From Styela clava (taxonomy: Eukaryota): DNA of 64,000 nucleotides. Location of the stretch: assembly GCF_964204865.1 (NCBI RefSeq), contig NC_135258.1:8804001-8868000 (forward strand), in the 5' to 3' direction. The notes under the pieces are model-generated. The model had not been told where the DNA came from and did no database searches. It saw only the letters and a program-made list of their open reading frames with translations. Positions within the stretch are counted from its first letter, which is position 1. Each line of letters starts with the position of its first letter. Shown in pieces: positions 30,963-42,580 of the stretch. A program made the position numbers and the translations under genes.

Positions 30963-33900
30963 TCTGTGGTGTCGATCCTTTGATTTGAAGTAGAAATCCC
31001 GAAGCCTTGTAAATGTAAACAAACCTATCACACCGCAATTTGATAAATTAGTCTATGATAAGCGGCTAAATATTAACATAATGAAATAAAGTTAAGAAGA
31101 ATCGAAAGATACCACACTTATGTATTCAGCTGTAATTTCGAATATAAATAAAAGCTAGAACAGGGAGAAAACTGTTTCCCGTACAATGAGTTAAATCGCT
31201 CGGTAAAGCAATTAATCACTGCGACACCGAGTCGTGCATCGCCTCCGAGCAACTTGCATCCTCGCGTAACGACAGACGAGGGCTGTCTGATGATCTCCGC
31301 TGTGGTGCGTCTCATTGACAAACGCATTTTTTCTCGGACTCGGCATGCCGCCGTCTGTCTGACCCTGGTCGCACTACTCGAATAAATTATCCACAAAATT
31401 GAAAAGACAAATTGGCAGGGTAATTATATTATTCGGGCGTTAAACTTTCTCTATACTTTGTAGCGAGAGACTTAAATTTAAACTTTCTCTTTTGATTAGG
31501 ACTTTCGTTGAAATTGCGCAATCATCAAAGAGGTGTTCCAATAAATGCAGCCTTGAATTAGGGCTAATTAAAAATGTCTAACTCTAAAACTTTCCTAGAA
31601 TACAATAATTTTGGACGTTTTTAAGTACAGAATTTCAGCATTTGGTTTACTCTTTATACAATCTGACTCAAAATAAACAGTGTGGACGAGAGACTGTACT
31701 CGACTATAGCAATCCTTATACTGTGCTATGCTATACCCTGTTTTATAAGGCAAATCACACAGTTGACAAAACGTCACTGCTTCAATTGCTGCTACATTGA
31801 GTAACACCAACTTTATTTTTAAAATCTAGTTCATAACCTGGTACTAGTAATACGGCTGCGCTGTTAGAACGACAAATATGCGAATGTTGAATATTCATTG
31901 TCACGTCAAATAATAAATGGCGGGGATTTCTCAGAACCTAACGTAAACAAATATTGGATATGTCACCTGTCACTCGCCGTACTCCAACCTTAACTTGAAC
32001 CCGAGTACGCACGCCGTCGACGCAAAGATAACACGCTATAAGCATAACAATTTTTGTTTGCGTATTTAAACTAAACCTCGACGCTGGCTAGATGTACGTT
32101 ACGCAAGGTGCGTAATGTAAATTTGATATTTGCCAAATTCAATACCTGTGAACAGATGCATTAGATTAAATTGCCAAATGTGACTGCAAAAATTTGTTAC
32201 ATTTCAAACGACTCGCACTTTTATTCGGGAATATTAATCGAAACAACAATGTGCTTGTGAACAAAAGCGTTTTGTTTAAAATCAGTAATCAGTCTGTAAC
32301 ATCGTTTAAAATTCATATTATGTAATCATGATCAACAGTTTACCCAAACAGTTATAGGTATTGAATATTTATTCTCTTTCAGATTCGGTATGCTAAGCCA
32401 AATATAATTTTCTGAACATGAGCGATCCCGTTGGACTGGCCGAACTGGGACAAACACGATTGTCAGAAAGAAATCCGTTTCAGTGAGAAATACAAGTCAT
32501 GCAGAAATACAATACTACGAAAATATGTGTGTGTTTTATTCACTCCAAACATACCTTTACCTTTAGCAAGTTAATATTGAGAAACCGCTTATACCATCAC
32601 GTATAAGTTCCCATTAATCATATTAATAAAATGTGGGATTGTTGAAATATATTTTCAAGCATCGATTACACATGAACCGCATTAAATTTACAATCTTATT
32701 CGAATGTTTTTTTACTACCAAGCGTGGATTGGGATTACCAACATGAATAAGAAACAATACGTGATAAGCGAATAAACACTGAGATTGGAATTTTGTTTTT
32801 AAGATGGTTACTGTTGTTATTACTGTGTGACTCAACTAGTTTTACGTTTGTAACGCCACGCATTTAGAAATAGTTCATGCTTTATGGAGTTGTTAGAAAC
32901 AAAGCGAAAATTGGCAAAATTGAAAGAATATTTAGCCAAACGAAGATTTTATTGATAATTCATGAATATAAATTTAACGGATGATATTTGATAGTGTATA
33001 TTTGCATGTGTTAACGTCACGTTTGTAAATGACTAATATTATCAATTTTCCCATTTTCCACATTTCGAGACGTTACGCTAAATTAAAGTATCAGTAATCA
33101 AATGTTCAGTTGCTTAAGACGTTTCGCAGTTTTGAGCAATGGATTAACAAAACAAAATTTTCCTTTCTTTCACTTAATTTGAGGACTGTGGTAGGTCACA
33201 TAGAGGCTATGTTTGAGCAATTTTCACAAGAAAATTTTTTTAGCTTGTGGGCGACATCTAGTGTAACGCCAAAACAAAATTTCTAATATGTAAAAACACT
33301 GAGTTCAAATAATCGTCACGTGAAACATGGATAAACGCAATAACATAAACGCTCTAGACATAACAGCGACCGCCTTAATCACTTGCTCAATAGTCTGATA
33401 AGAAACATTGTTTCTAAGTTCTCAATCTTTGTAATTATTGCGAGCTTAACGCGCTTGATAACAATGACCTTCAAGTACGAACACAGGCTAACGTGACAAT
33501 TATACATATTGTTACAATATGTTGCAATTAAGCCGCCTTATTGTCTCATGTCTCAACCTATCATCGTTTGTTCACAATACTGAGGCATTCAACCAAATGT
33601 TTTTGAAGCGTTTGTCAGCTCAAACATGTTACTTTTGGCAAAATTTTTTATATGGTTCCCGGCTTTTGTATATATATTTGATATTTTCTGCTGTCATCAA
33701 ATTTATTCACAATTTATTTACGTTTCTTCTTTCACCAAAAACTCTTGGTATTTTGGCATAATTAAACTGCTTGCATGTCTGGGAAACGGGGGTTTATGGT
33801 GTCATGGACCAAGCCAGCATAGTAGATAACAAACCTAAAGACGAATGGGATCACACCAAGTACGGAATCCATGCCCAGAATAATACAGTGTATCTTGTTT

Positions 33901-33969
33901 CCCGTTTGCAACGCAATTATACATCTGTGTGGTAATATGCTAGGATTCCGAGACAGAGTGGAGGTAACC

Positions 33970-34296
33970 TTATTACTTATCGATCTCGATCGGTAGATAA
34001 GCTGATAAGTATTTCTCTGTTCGTTTGTTTGTCTGTTAGACACTTTCGTATGTTACGCGATATCTCACGAAAGCGAGGTTAAATCTGCTCCAAATTTTGC
34101 ATGTGCATTCATCATATTTCGGACCAGAAGCCTATTAACTTAGGAGTTGGTAATTAATTAGTGATGGGACACGCGGTGTCGCTATTGAGTCAGAGCAAAG
34201 GAATCGAAACCGCAGTTTCTGTTTTGGGGATCCCCTAACTTTCGTCGCTGCGAACGAAAGATCGTTAAGTCGGCGGTCTCCGATAGCTATCTCGTT
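33970..34296 (+). mobile_element. Non-autonomous Helentron-associated (HINE/DINE-1-like) element, family 1
   Basis: Subterminal inverted repeats ACTTATCGATCT (33975-33986) and AGATCGTTAAGT (34259-34270), 11/12 match; nearby partial IR GATAAGT; GTTT/GTCT microsatellite at about 34018-34037; imperfect 3' hairpin GCGGTCTCCGATAGC followed by CTCGTT; T-rich ends. Confidence 0.6.
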
Positions 34297-34358
34297 AATG
34301 TATTGATCAGTGTGATTATATGGCAGTAGGGTAACATATACCGTAGGCCTACCAATTA

Positions 34359-34383
34359 ATATATATATATATATATATATATA
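34359..34383. repeat. (AT)12 microsatellite
   Basis: Perfect AT dinucleotide run. Confidence 0.9.
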
Positions 34384-35434
34384 CGGGATAAAACAGTACA
34401 GCAGTATACTCAGATACTGGTATACCAGTATGGGGTTGGTTGGACTAGCTTACATCGGTACATTCACGTTACGTCTGTGGATACTTAGCACAGCCAGAGC
34501 TTGATTCTGAATTTTTTTGCCAGTAAACGGAAAAATGCAGAAATGGCAATACAAAATCTGAATTTGCCCTCTTTACAGTTCTAGACTTTGAAATGTTAGT
34601 ACAATAGTATCTAATTACTGAATGAAGTTAAACGGCTAAATTATCAACAGCTTTATGATGATCGGATGGATACCCAACCTACAGGAACAAGAGAAGTTGC
34701 TCTACACCAAGGGTATCCAACTCAAAATATGTCATGGGCCACTTTTTGAACTTTATTAATGACGCGGGCCACAAACCAACAAATTACGTTCAAAATGGAT
34801 ACACAATAATAACATAAGAAATCTGAATATATTTGGTGGAACTACATTGAACTCTCACATCATACAAGACATGAAACATATTCATGTATATTTACTTGTG
34901 CTGGATATTTGGCACTGTTTTGTAGCGGCGATAAACTTATTTAGCGTTGGTTTGATAGTCTTGAGACAGCATACAAATGTTCGTCGTGTGCGGAGGGCTA
35001 TTTGGTAACTGCTCGGGGCAAACATCTATATTAAAAAAAATCTGTTTTATTTTTTTCTATGTATTATTTGCGAAAGTATTCAAATGATGAGTAACATTTA
35101 TCCAACATATTGGAGTAAATGTTAGAGCACGATTTGTTGTTTCCACGTTGGATGTTCGCTAATAAAAAGCATAATTAAATCACAACTAGTCATCTCATTT
35201 AACGCAACGTACAAAAAATATGGCGACTAAGATGAGTAATCGCAATTTGCTGTCATTTAATGTTTATAGTTTTCATAATATCAGAATTAACATCACGGAA
35301 GATGGACCATCATATCATAACCTTATGAGGAATATGAACCAGTGAGTCTTATCCGCATATTCATTACTCATCACACTATATCTCTCAGAACGACTCTAAA
35401 AAGTAATTGAAGGAAAAATCGATATGAATTTTTA

Positions 35435-35529
35435 ATGACGACTTTCCTGTAACGGAACAAAGAATTCTATAAAAGGGGACAATACGCATATTTTGCATCA
35501 TTTCACTTTGTATAAACGAAAGAACTCAG
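35435..35529 (+). promoter_or_regulatory. P1 core promoter and short non-coding first exon
   Basis: ATGACGACTTTCC at 35435-35447, TATAAAA 35468-35474, Inr-like TCATTT (A at 35500), CAG|GTGAG donor at 35529/35530; same layout in P2 and P3. Confidence 0.75.
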
Positions 35530-35758
35530 GTGAGATTTTAGAGAAAATATTTTTTTTTTCATGTAATTATGAGTGTTTCATTAGTAAGTATTGCCTTTGA
35601 TAACTCAGTTTTTCAAACACACTCTACACTGGAGAAGTTCAAGTTTTATAATATTACTTTGTTTCTATTAAGATATTCCTTAATCTTTAAAAATGTTCAT
35701 TTTATCTCCAATGACTTTGCAAAATTTCTATAACAGAAGTTTTACACATCTCAGAATC

Positions 35759-37146
35759 ATGAAAACTGCAATCATTCTAGCTTTGGTAGCAATATTTGTT
35801 GTTAATGTCTCAGGAGGATGGAAAGGCTTTACACGGAACCTGAAAAAACCCGGTTCAGTAGCGGTTAAAGCAGGTTCTGTCGCGCTCAAGGCAGCGAATA
35901 GTCCGTAAGTCATTTTATTCACACATTAAATATGATTTCATGAATAATTTTTTCTCATTATTTTTACTTGGAAAATGCATAGTCTTTCATAGATAAAAAT
36001 TTTGTCATGTTGTTTTGCTGAGAAGTATAAAGAAGTTGTCAAGTTTTAAAACTTTTCAACTTTTAAATTATAGACCGGGAAAGTATCAAAAAGATAAATG
36101 ACGAATAAGAATAACATAATTCCTTTACACGAAATAGCAAGTATATTTGTGAACATATTTGTGAACTAACGGAAGCTGACAAATATACATGCTTATTTGT
36201 GAAACGAAAATATTTAAAGTTATCCACCGCGCATTGTTAATTCATTCATTTTCTGTATTCAGGACGGGACAAATAGCAATGGGAAGCGCAATGAGCCAGC
36301 TCGGTGATATGCGTGCAATTAGAGAAATGGTAAGATTTGATTATTTTTCCTAAATATTTGTCTACAACAAATAAAACAAAATTCAACTCAAACGAGGGAG
36401 AAAAACTGCACAAATACTGAGGTTATACAGAATAAAAACAGCGCCCAGACTTGAAATTTAAAAAATTTGAAAAATTGAGAAACAAATAATGAAAGTACAC
36501 ATTTGTCAAAATTTTTCTCATAAATTTGATACTTGTGAATAATTATAATATTAATAAATCTTTTCGTTTATTTAATATCCAAAAGTTTAATAATCCATCT
36601 TTATCGTCACAATCAGAAGTTTTTAATTGTAGACCTAGATCAGCTCAGTTACATTCGCAATTGAATAATGCCTTCATATTTTCCCAGGACGAGACCAAAA
36701 TTAGTCAATTGTTTGACGCAATTGAAATGATCAGAGAAATGGACGACGGTATGTTTTTTGGATAAAATCACAAAAAAATTAAAAAAACATACAAAAATAA
36801 TTAATTTTGAATCTAGTCAAAATTTATCTTGCCAGTATTGAAATATTAAAAAAATAGCATTGAATATTTTATCATTTTCAAATTTTACAAGTAATATAAA
36901 TTAGTTACAAACTGGCTATATATCCGTTATTCCATATAGATTTTCAGATTTTTATATTATTAGTAAATTTTTGACTGCATAACATTTTTCTTTATTTTTA
37001 ATTAGTTAATTTAGTAAAATATTCATAACATAAACAATAAAATACCATAAACGATTGCTATTGAGAAAGTATCATTAAATTATAATATCGTTTCAGACGA
37101 ATTCCTCTACTTCGCAAAAGCTGCAAGCATGAAAGATTTTCAATAG
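35759..37146 (+). CDS. P1: secreted cationic peptide precursor (putative antimicrobial prepropeptide, styelin/papillosin-like), 107 aa
   Basis: Coding exons 35759-35904, 36263-36329, 36688-36748, 37097-37146 (GT-AG, phases 2/0/1). Translation MKTAIILALVAIFVVNVSG-GWKGFTRNLKKPGSVAVKAGSVALKAANSPTGQIAMGSAMSQL-G-DMRAIREMDETKISQLFDAIEMIREMDDDEFLYFAKAASMKDFQ*. Exon structure is conserved in two paralogs; TATA upstream and AATAAA at 37352. Confidence 0.88.
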
Positions 37147-38381
37147 AGAGTGATATAATGGAGTAAAGACAAAAAGCTACAACAATTTTTCTTAACATTT
37201 GATTTAATACTGAATTGTCAAATATTGCTTGTCTAATCAGATATATACTTCCAAAAAGTAAACGGTCAAAACTCATGTCAAAATTAACAACAATAATCTG
37301 TATTTCTTTCATGTTGCAATATGGTTGTTTTGTCACATTTTTTGTTGCCCAAATAAAGAAAGGTTTATTGAAAAATACGTGTTTATTGATAATCAAAATC
37401 AATTTATTAACCATCTGAACAGTTGTAAAAACGTTGGATGTGTTACCACCCGCTTCGTATGGAGCTCGTTATTTCCGAATTCGGTAATTTCGGGTTTTTG
37501 GGTGATTAAATATGATATGGGATTATAATCATATCCACCAATATGTGAGAGCTTATTCTTCAAGAGTCGGCCTTACGAGCAAGATGCTCGATTGTTGATA
37601 AAACGGTTTGTTATTGCCCACTTGTGGCATGTAAAATTGCCATCGTGCTATACAACATGGAGCCTCAAAGAAGTCGATTCATTCCATGAAACAATTCATC
37701 GTTATTATTTATTTGTGCGCTCATATTCAGAGAATAAATACTAGTTGAGATGCAAGTGCTAGTTGAATTTTGTAGACATATCGCTACTCGCTTTGGCAAA
37801 AAATATAGGAAAAGTAATAATCTCTCCCCTCATCCCGAGAAGTTTTATAGTGAATAGAAATCGTACAAGATTGTAGTTTTTTGTTTACCTTTTCTACGTG
37901 GGGCTTTTTAAAATTGAAATTCTGTGCGGAAATACGATTCTTTTCATTTTGAAATAAACTTACTATATATTGCGTATAACAACCTTGAATTGACACGCTC
38001 CGTGAAACATTTTTTATTATTCCTTCTGGAGATTCATAGCATAATAGTTTATAATATATATATAAAATAATAATTTCACACGACTCATGTCTTTCTATCT
38101 AAACCAGAGTTAAATCCCAAACAAAACTGACCTATTTTCATTTCCTAGATTATTGTAATCTCCTGTAATATTACAACATCAACGGGTAATGGAGAACATT
38201 GACTAAGATGTCGTCGAGGTGTGAATTCTATCATATATAATTTCCGGAATTTATTTATATAGCTAACTGTTCTCTGCAGGACTCCTTAATCATGTAAAGA
38301 AACTAAGCCATGTTTATATTTCAACCTCGGAAATAGAAAGGAGTTACTAACCCTTTACTATGCACCTTATAACAAACAAAT

Positions 38382-38460
38382 ACTGTATTTTATGAACCAC
38401 AAGGCGCACTTTGAATCATATTTTTAAAAAGCGATCGTGCGCCTTATAAGCTGGCGCGCC
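38382..38460 (+). mobile_element. Degenerate Tc2/pogo-like DNA transposon terminus in the spacer of the inverted duplication
   Basis: TACTGTATTTT...AAGGCGCAC(n)GTGCGCCTTATAA with internal inverted AAGGCGCAC/GTGCGCCTT; resembles Tc2-type ends as I remember them; no partner end found. Confidence 0.35.
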
Positions 38461-39972
38461 TCAATTGAGCACCCCACGGTGACAATACTATATCATTTGC
38501 TACCCGAAAGCAGTAGCCTAGCCTAAAAGGTTGACTGTGGTGACTAGAGTATGTTTTTGTTACTGTGACGTGATATTTTTTTAATCTAGTTGTTGCTTTT
38601 TTTTTAGCTAATATCCATACCTCTGTAACGATCTCAAAGATCTTACTACGGTTTTCACTATTGCACGTCTAATCGTAATACATGGAGGTTGTTTTGCTTG
38701 ATTTAGGAATCCAGCAGAGAACAGTTGGCTATATAAATAAATTCTGGAATTTATATCAGATAGAATTCACACCTCGGCAACATCCTAGTCAATGTTTTCT
38801 ATTACCCGTTGATATTGCAATATTACAGAAGATTGGAAACGAAAATATGGCAGTTTTGTTTGGCATTTAACTCTGGTTTAGATTGAAACACATGGGTCAT
38901 GTGAAATCCTCATTTTCACTTTTGTTTGACATTTTTTTTCTGGACTAGATAGCAAGAGGTGAGTCTCAGGGGATCCTTATTTCATAATATATTACGCTAC
39001 GAATCATAAGAAGGGATAATTGAAAGTGTTTAAAGCAGCTTCTTCAATTCAAGATTTATTCATTTCAGACATGTTGTTATATTTGATAACATAGAGGGAA
39101 TTTCTTTCAATTGTACTCAATAAACAGTCAATTTATTTCAGAATGAAGAAAATCGTGTTTCCGCGCAGAATTTCAATTTTAAAAAGACCCACGTAAAAAT
39201 TTAAACCAAAATTTACAATGATTTTTATTCACTATAAAACTTCTCGGTATGAGGGTGAGATAAATAAATACTTTTCCTATATTTTATGAGAGCGGGTAGC
39301 GATACGTCTAAGCAATTTAGCTAGCCCATGCATCTTAACTATTGTTTATTCTTTGGATATGCGCGCACAAACAAATAATAACGATGAATTGTTTCACGGA
39401 ATGGAACGTCTCCATGGCCATATCCTAGGTCCCTATAGTATAATCGAAATTTTACATGCCGCAAGTGGGCGATAACAAATTGATTTCTAAAAAATCAAGC
39501 AACACGATCGTTAGGGCCATCTCTAGTAGTGGTTGTTCATCTGTAACTAGCAAAGCGCCAAGAAGAATAAGTTGTTACAGATTTGAAGGTATAATCCCAG
39601 ATCATAATTAATCACCCAAAAACCCCAAATTACCGAATTCGGAAATAACAGGCTCCGTAACGTAGCGAGGTTTAACACATCCAAAGTTTTTGCAACTGTA
39701 CTTTGTTCAGATGGTTAATAAATTGATTTTGTTTATCAACAAATACGTATTTTCAATAAACCTTTTTTTATTTGGGTAACAAAAAGTGTGACAAAACAGC
39801 CATATAGCAAGATCAAAGAAATACTGATTTATTGTTGTTAATTTTCACATAAGTTTTGACCGTTTCTTTCTTTGAAATATGATTAGACAAGCAATATTTG
39901 GCAGTTTAGTATTAAATCGAATATTAAGAAAAATAGTTGTAGATTTTTGTCTTTACTCCATTTTAACACTCG

Positions 39973-41452
39973 TTATTCAAAATCTTCCATGCTTGCAGCT
40001 TTTGCGAAGTAGAGGAATTCGTCTGAAATGATATTATAATTTAATTTAATTAATAGTAATTGTATATGTTCAATATTTTACCAGATTGATTGAAAAACAT
40101 ATAGATCGAAAATTTAATAAATATCTAATGAAAATCTCAATTGAGTAACATTTGAATAGGTAGTTCAGTGTCTTATTTATATTTCTCACAAAATTTTTGA
40201 AAAGTCATAAATATCAAATGTTAATTTTTCAGGATTCTGTCAATATAATCTACACCGAAGTGTCACAAAACTAGTTATTTTTTATGTTATTTTTATTCAT
40301 TTTATTTTCGTGGTATTATGTAAAAATATACCGTCGTCCATTTCTCTGATCATTTGAATTGCATCAAACAATTGATTAATTTCAGTCTCGTCCTGGAAAA
40401 TTTTGAATGCATTGTTAATACGAATAATATTGATATCTATTTCAACGATTAAGAACTTCTAGTTGTAAATAAATAATGTAGAGACAAACAATCAGTTGAG
40501 TATTCAAAAAATCAAAGGCATTAATGACTATTTTATTATTTTCAATCAATCAAATGTATGAAAAAATATTTCTTGTCAACTGGTAGGTGTTTACATTTTT
40601 GTCGTAGGCGAATATTTAGGACAGTAAATTGAAACTCACCATTTCTCTAATTGCTTGCACATCACCGACAAGGCCTATTGCGGCATTCACTCCAGATTTT
40701 ATTATTGCTCTACCAGTCCTAAAGACAGAAAGTGAATAATTTAAATAAAAACCGTGATTAACGTCTAACTTGAGAGTTTTTAAAACACTGAAATTACTTT
40801 GTACTTCACAGCAATATGTCATGAAATTTTATATTTAATGGACACGGAGTGGACTTATGGATCGTTGTTTGTTGTTGTTGTTCTTGTTAGAATTCATCTT
40901 CTTACATTTTTTAAAAGTCGCTTTACTCTTTAATTACTGGACCAATTGCTTTGTAATTTTCAGTTGTCAAAGATTGTTCGTTAAAGACTGTTACTTTTAT
41001 TTATTTCAAAAATTTTCGTGGGCTCTAAGAGATTCGTTTTTTTTGTATGCGATGACGCCATCAGAATAAAAAAACGCTGCTTGTGGTGATTTCGTCCGGA
41101 GACAATGCCGTGAACACAGCGGGTACCGGTAGGATATTGCGAAAGACTGTATGCGCGTACTACTCCGTGTCCATATATTTGAGCATCGGTTTCTTGTAAT
41201 TGAATGCTATTTTTTTACAAATTGACAATGATGATGTCAAAGTAAAATACTTTAAGGTAATAATTACAAAGTCGTTGTCACATGAGTGCGTATTGAGTGT
41301 GAGAATAAAATGACTTACGGACTTGTCGCTGCTTTAGCCACAGCTTTGCCAGCCTTTGCACCAAACTTCAAGATTTTTCTTCCAAATCCCCATCCTTCGG
41401 TGTTTTCAACAACAAGCAATGCTACTAAAGTCAAAATGATTGCGGTCTTCAT
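39973..41452 (-). CDS. P2: secreted cationic peptide precursor (putative antimicrobial prepropeptide), 107 aa
   Basis: Minus-strand exons 41452-41319, 40718-40640, 40392-40332, 40022-39973. Translation MKTAIILTLVALLVVENTE-GWGFGRKILKFGAKAGKAVAKAATSPTGRAIIKSGVNAAIGLV-G-DVQAIREMDETEINQLFDAIQMIREMDDDEFLYFAKAASMEDFE*. AATAAA (minus) at 39767-39772. Confidence 0.88.
40834..41197 (+). mobile_element. Non-autonomous HINE/DINE-1-like element, family 2, inside an intron of P2
   Basis: Perfect 12-bp subterminal IR TGGACACGGAGT (40839-40850) / ACTCCGTGTCCA (41162-41173), (GTT)n tract at about 40864-40888, 3' end TATATTTGAGCATCGGTTTCTTGT; homologous to 50239-50510. Confidence 0.65.
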
Positions 41453-41744
41453 GGTTTTGTTTTCTGAAGTTTAATATGGTATTTTATCAATTATACATTA
41501 TGTTTGGTCATTCCCCACAAAATACAAGGTTTGTATGGTTTTTGAAATAAAATCTAAACGAATTCCAAATAAAAAACTATGAAGAAATAGGAGTTTATAA
41601 ATAGAAACAAAAAATAGAATACATATAGAGTATATACGCTAACTTCTCTGTTGTAATGGGCTTTGTAAGAATTCGTTTAAAAAGATAAAAAATAATGCTA
41701 AACCCACGACTATACAGAAATTATCAATTTTTCTGAAATCTCAC

Positions 41745-41841
41745 CTGAGTCTTCTTCGTCTTTACAAAGTGAAGTGATGCAAAAGATGTGTGTTGTGCCT
41801 TCTTTATAAAAATCCTTGCTGGTTGACGGGAAATTCGTCAT
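41745..41841 (-). promoter_or_regulatory. P2 core promoter and short non-coding first exon
   Basis: Minus strand: ATGACGAATTTCCC (GGGAAATTCG on + at 41828-41837), TATAAAG 41808-41802, Inr-like TCACTT (about 41775), CAG|GTGAG donor at 41745/41744. Confidence 0.75.
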
Positions 41842-42467
41842 TGAAAATCCATCTGGATTTTTTCTTTAATTACTTTCATAACTTTTTAAGACAGGAAAGG
41901 ATTTAGAGCCGCTTTGATGGGTAACGCAATGCGTAATGAATCATATTTGTACCTGATGTTTACCATACGGTTATGACGAAAAAGTTCGTTTTACGTTTTA
42001 TGAACTCTGACATTCTCTAACTCCATGAACATGACATGAATTTTCTTGTTTGTTTTTGCTAAAATCACTCAACTCATTTTGGTCGTGTTGTCGGTTATGT
42101 TCCATATTTTTGCTACATTGTGTTAAAATGAGATGACTAGATGTGATTTTGTTTTTTATGCTTTTATTAGCAAACACCCTAATAGTGATCTATCATTTAC
42201 TTCAGTATGCTGAATGAATATTACACATCACATGAAAGATAGCAATCTTATTTTGCTAACATGCACAGTGACTCGAAAAAACACAACCCAGAAATTTCTT
42301 TATCACCCTTGCAAAAATGAAGAACATTTATTTCACGCTTTGTGTATGATTGTACACCAAAGATTCAGTAATTGGAAACAAAACAAAAGTTCGCACAAAA
42401 GTTATGTTCTCTCGAGAATGTGTTCCTAATAACCTGTACATTAACTAAACACATATTTTCGATAATT

Positions 42468-42580
42468 TTCGGTATTCCCGAAGTATGTGTACCAGGTTGA
42501 AGGCCATTATTTTGTACCAATTTTCCTTATTTCAGTTCTATTACGAGTTCGAGGACTAGCCAAGTGACTCCCGTATAGTA
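42468..42580. mobile_element. Partial copy of the same MITE-like family
   Basis: TTCGGTATTCCCGAAGTATGTGTACCAGGTT matches the TIR above; internal GTTCGAGGACTAGCCAA matches the reverse complement of TTGGCTA..AGTCCCCGAAC at about 14686-14711. Confidence 0.5.

Larger units (their letters stand above)
35084..42235. repeat. Large diverged inverted duplication (P1 arm about 35084-38300, P2 arm about 38690-42235, spacer about 390 bp)
   Basis: Reverse-complement similarity runs through promoter, exons, 3' UTR and flank, e.g. 38100-38300 vs 38690-38885, and TTCCGAATTCGGTAATTT at about 37473 vs AAATTACCGAATTCGGAA at about 39627. Boundaries approximate. Confidence 0.85.

Noticed and set aside
31118-31396. 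GC-richer 92-aa ORF upstream of Wnt5-B
   Set aside because: Non-ATG start and no motif; more likely 5' UTR or promoter of Wnt5-B (TATATAA on minus near 31425).
37058-37528. ORFs 37058-37414(-), 37215-37418(+) and 46892-47146(-), which partly resemble each other
   Set aside because: They are antisense or UTR shadows of the duplicated last exon and 3' UTR of the peptide genes.
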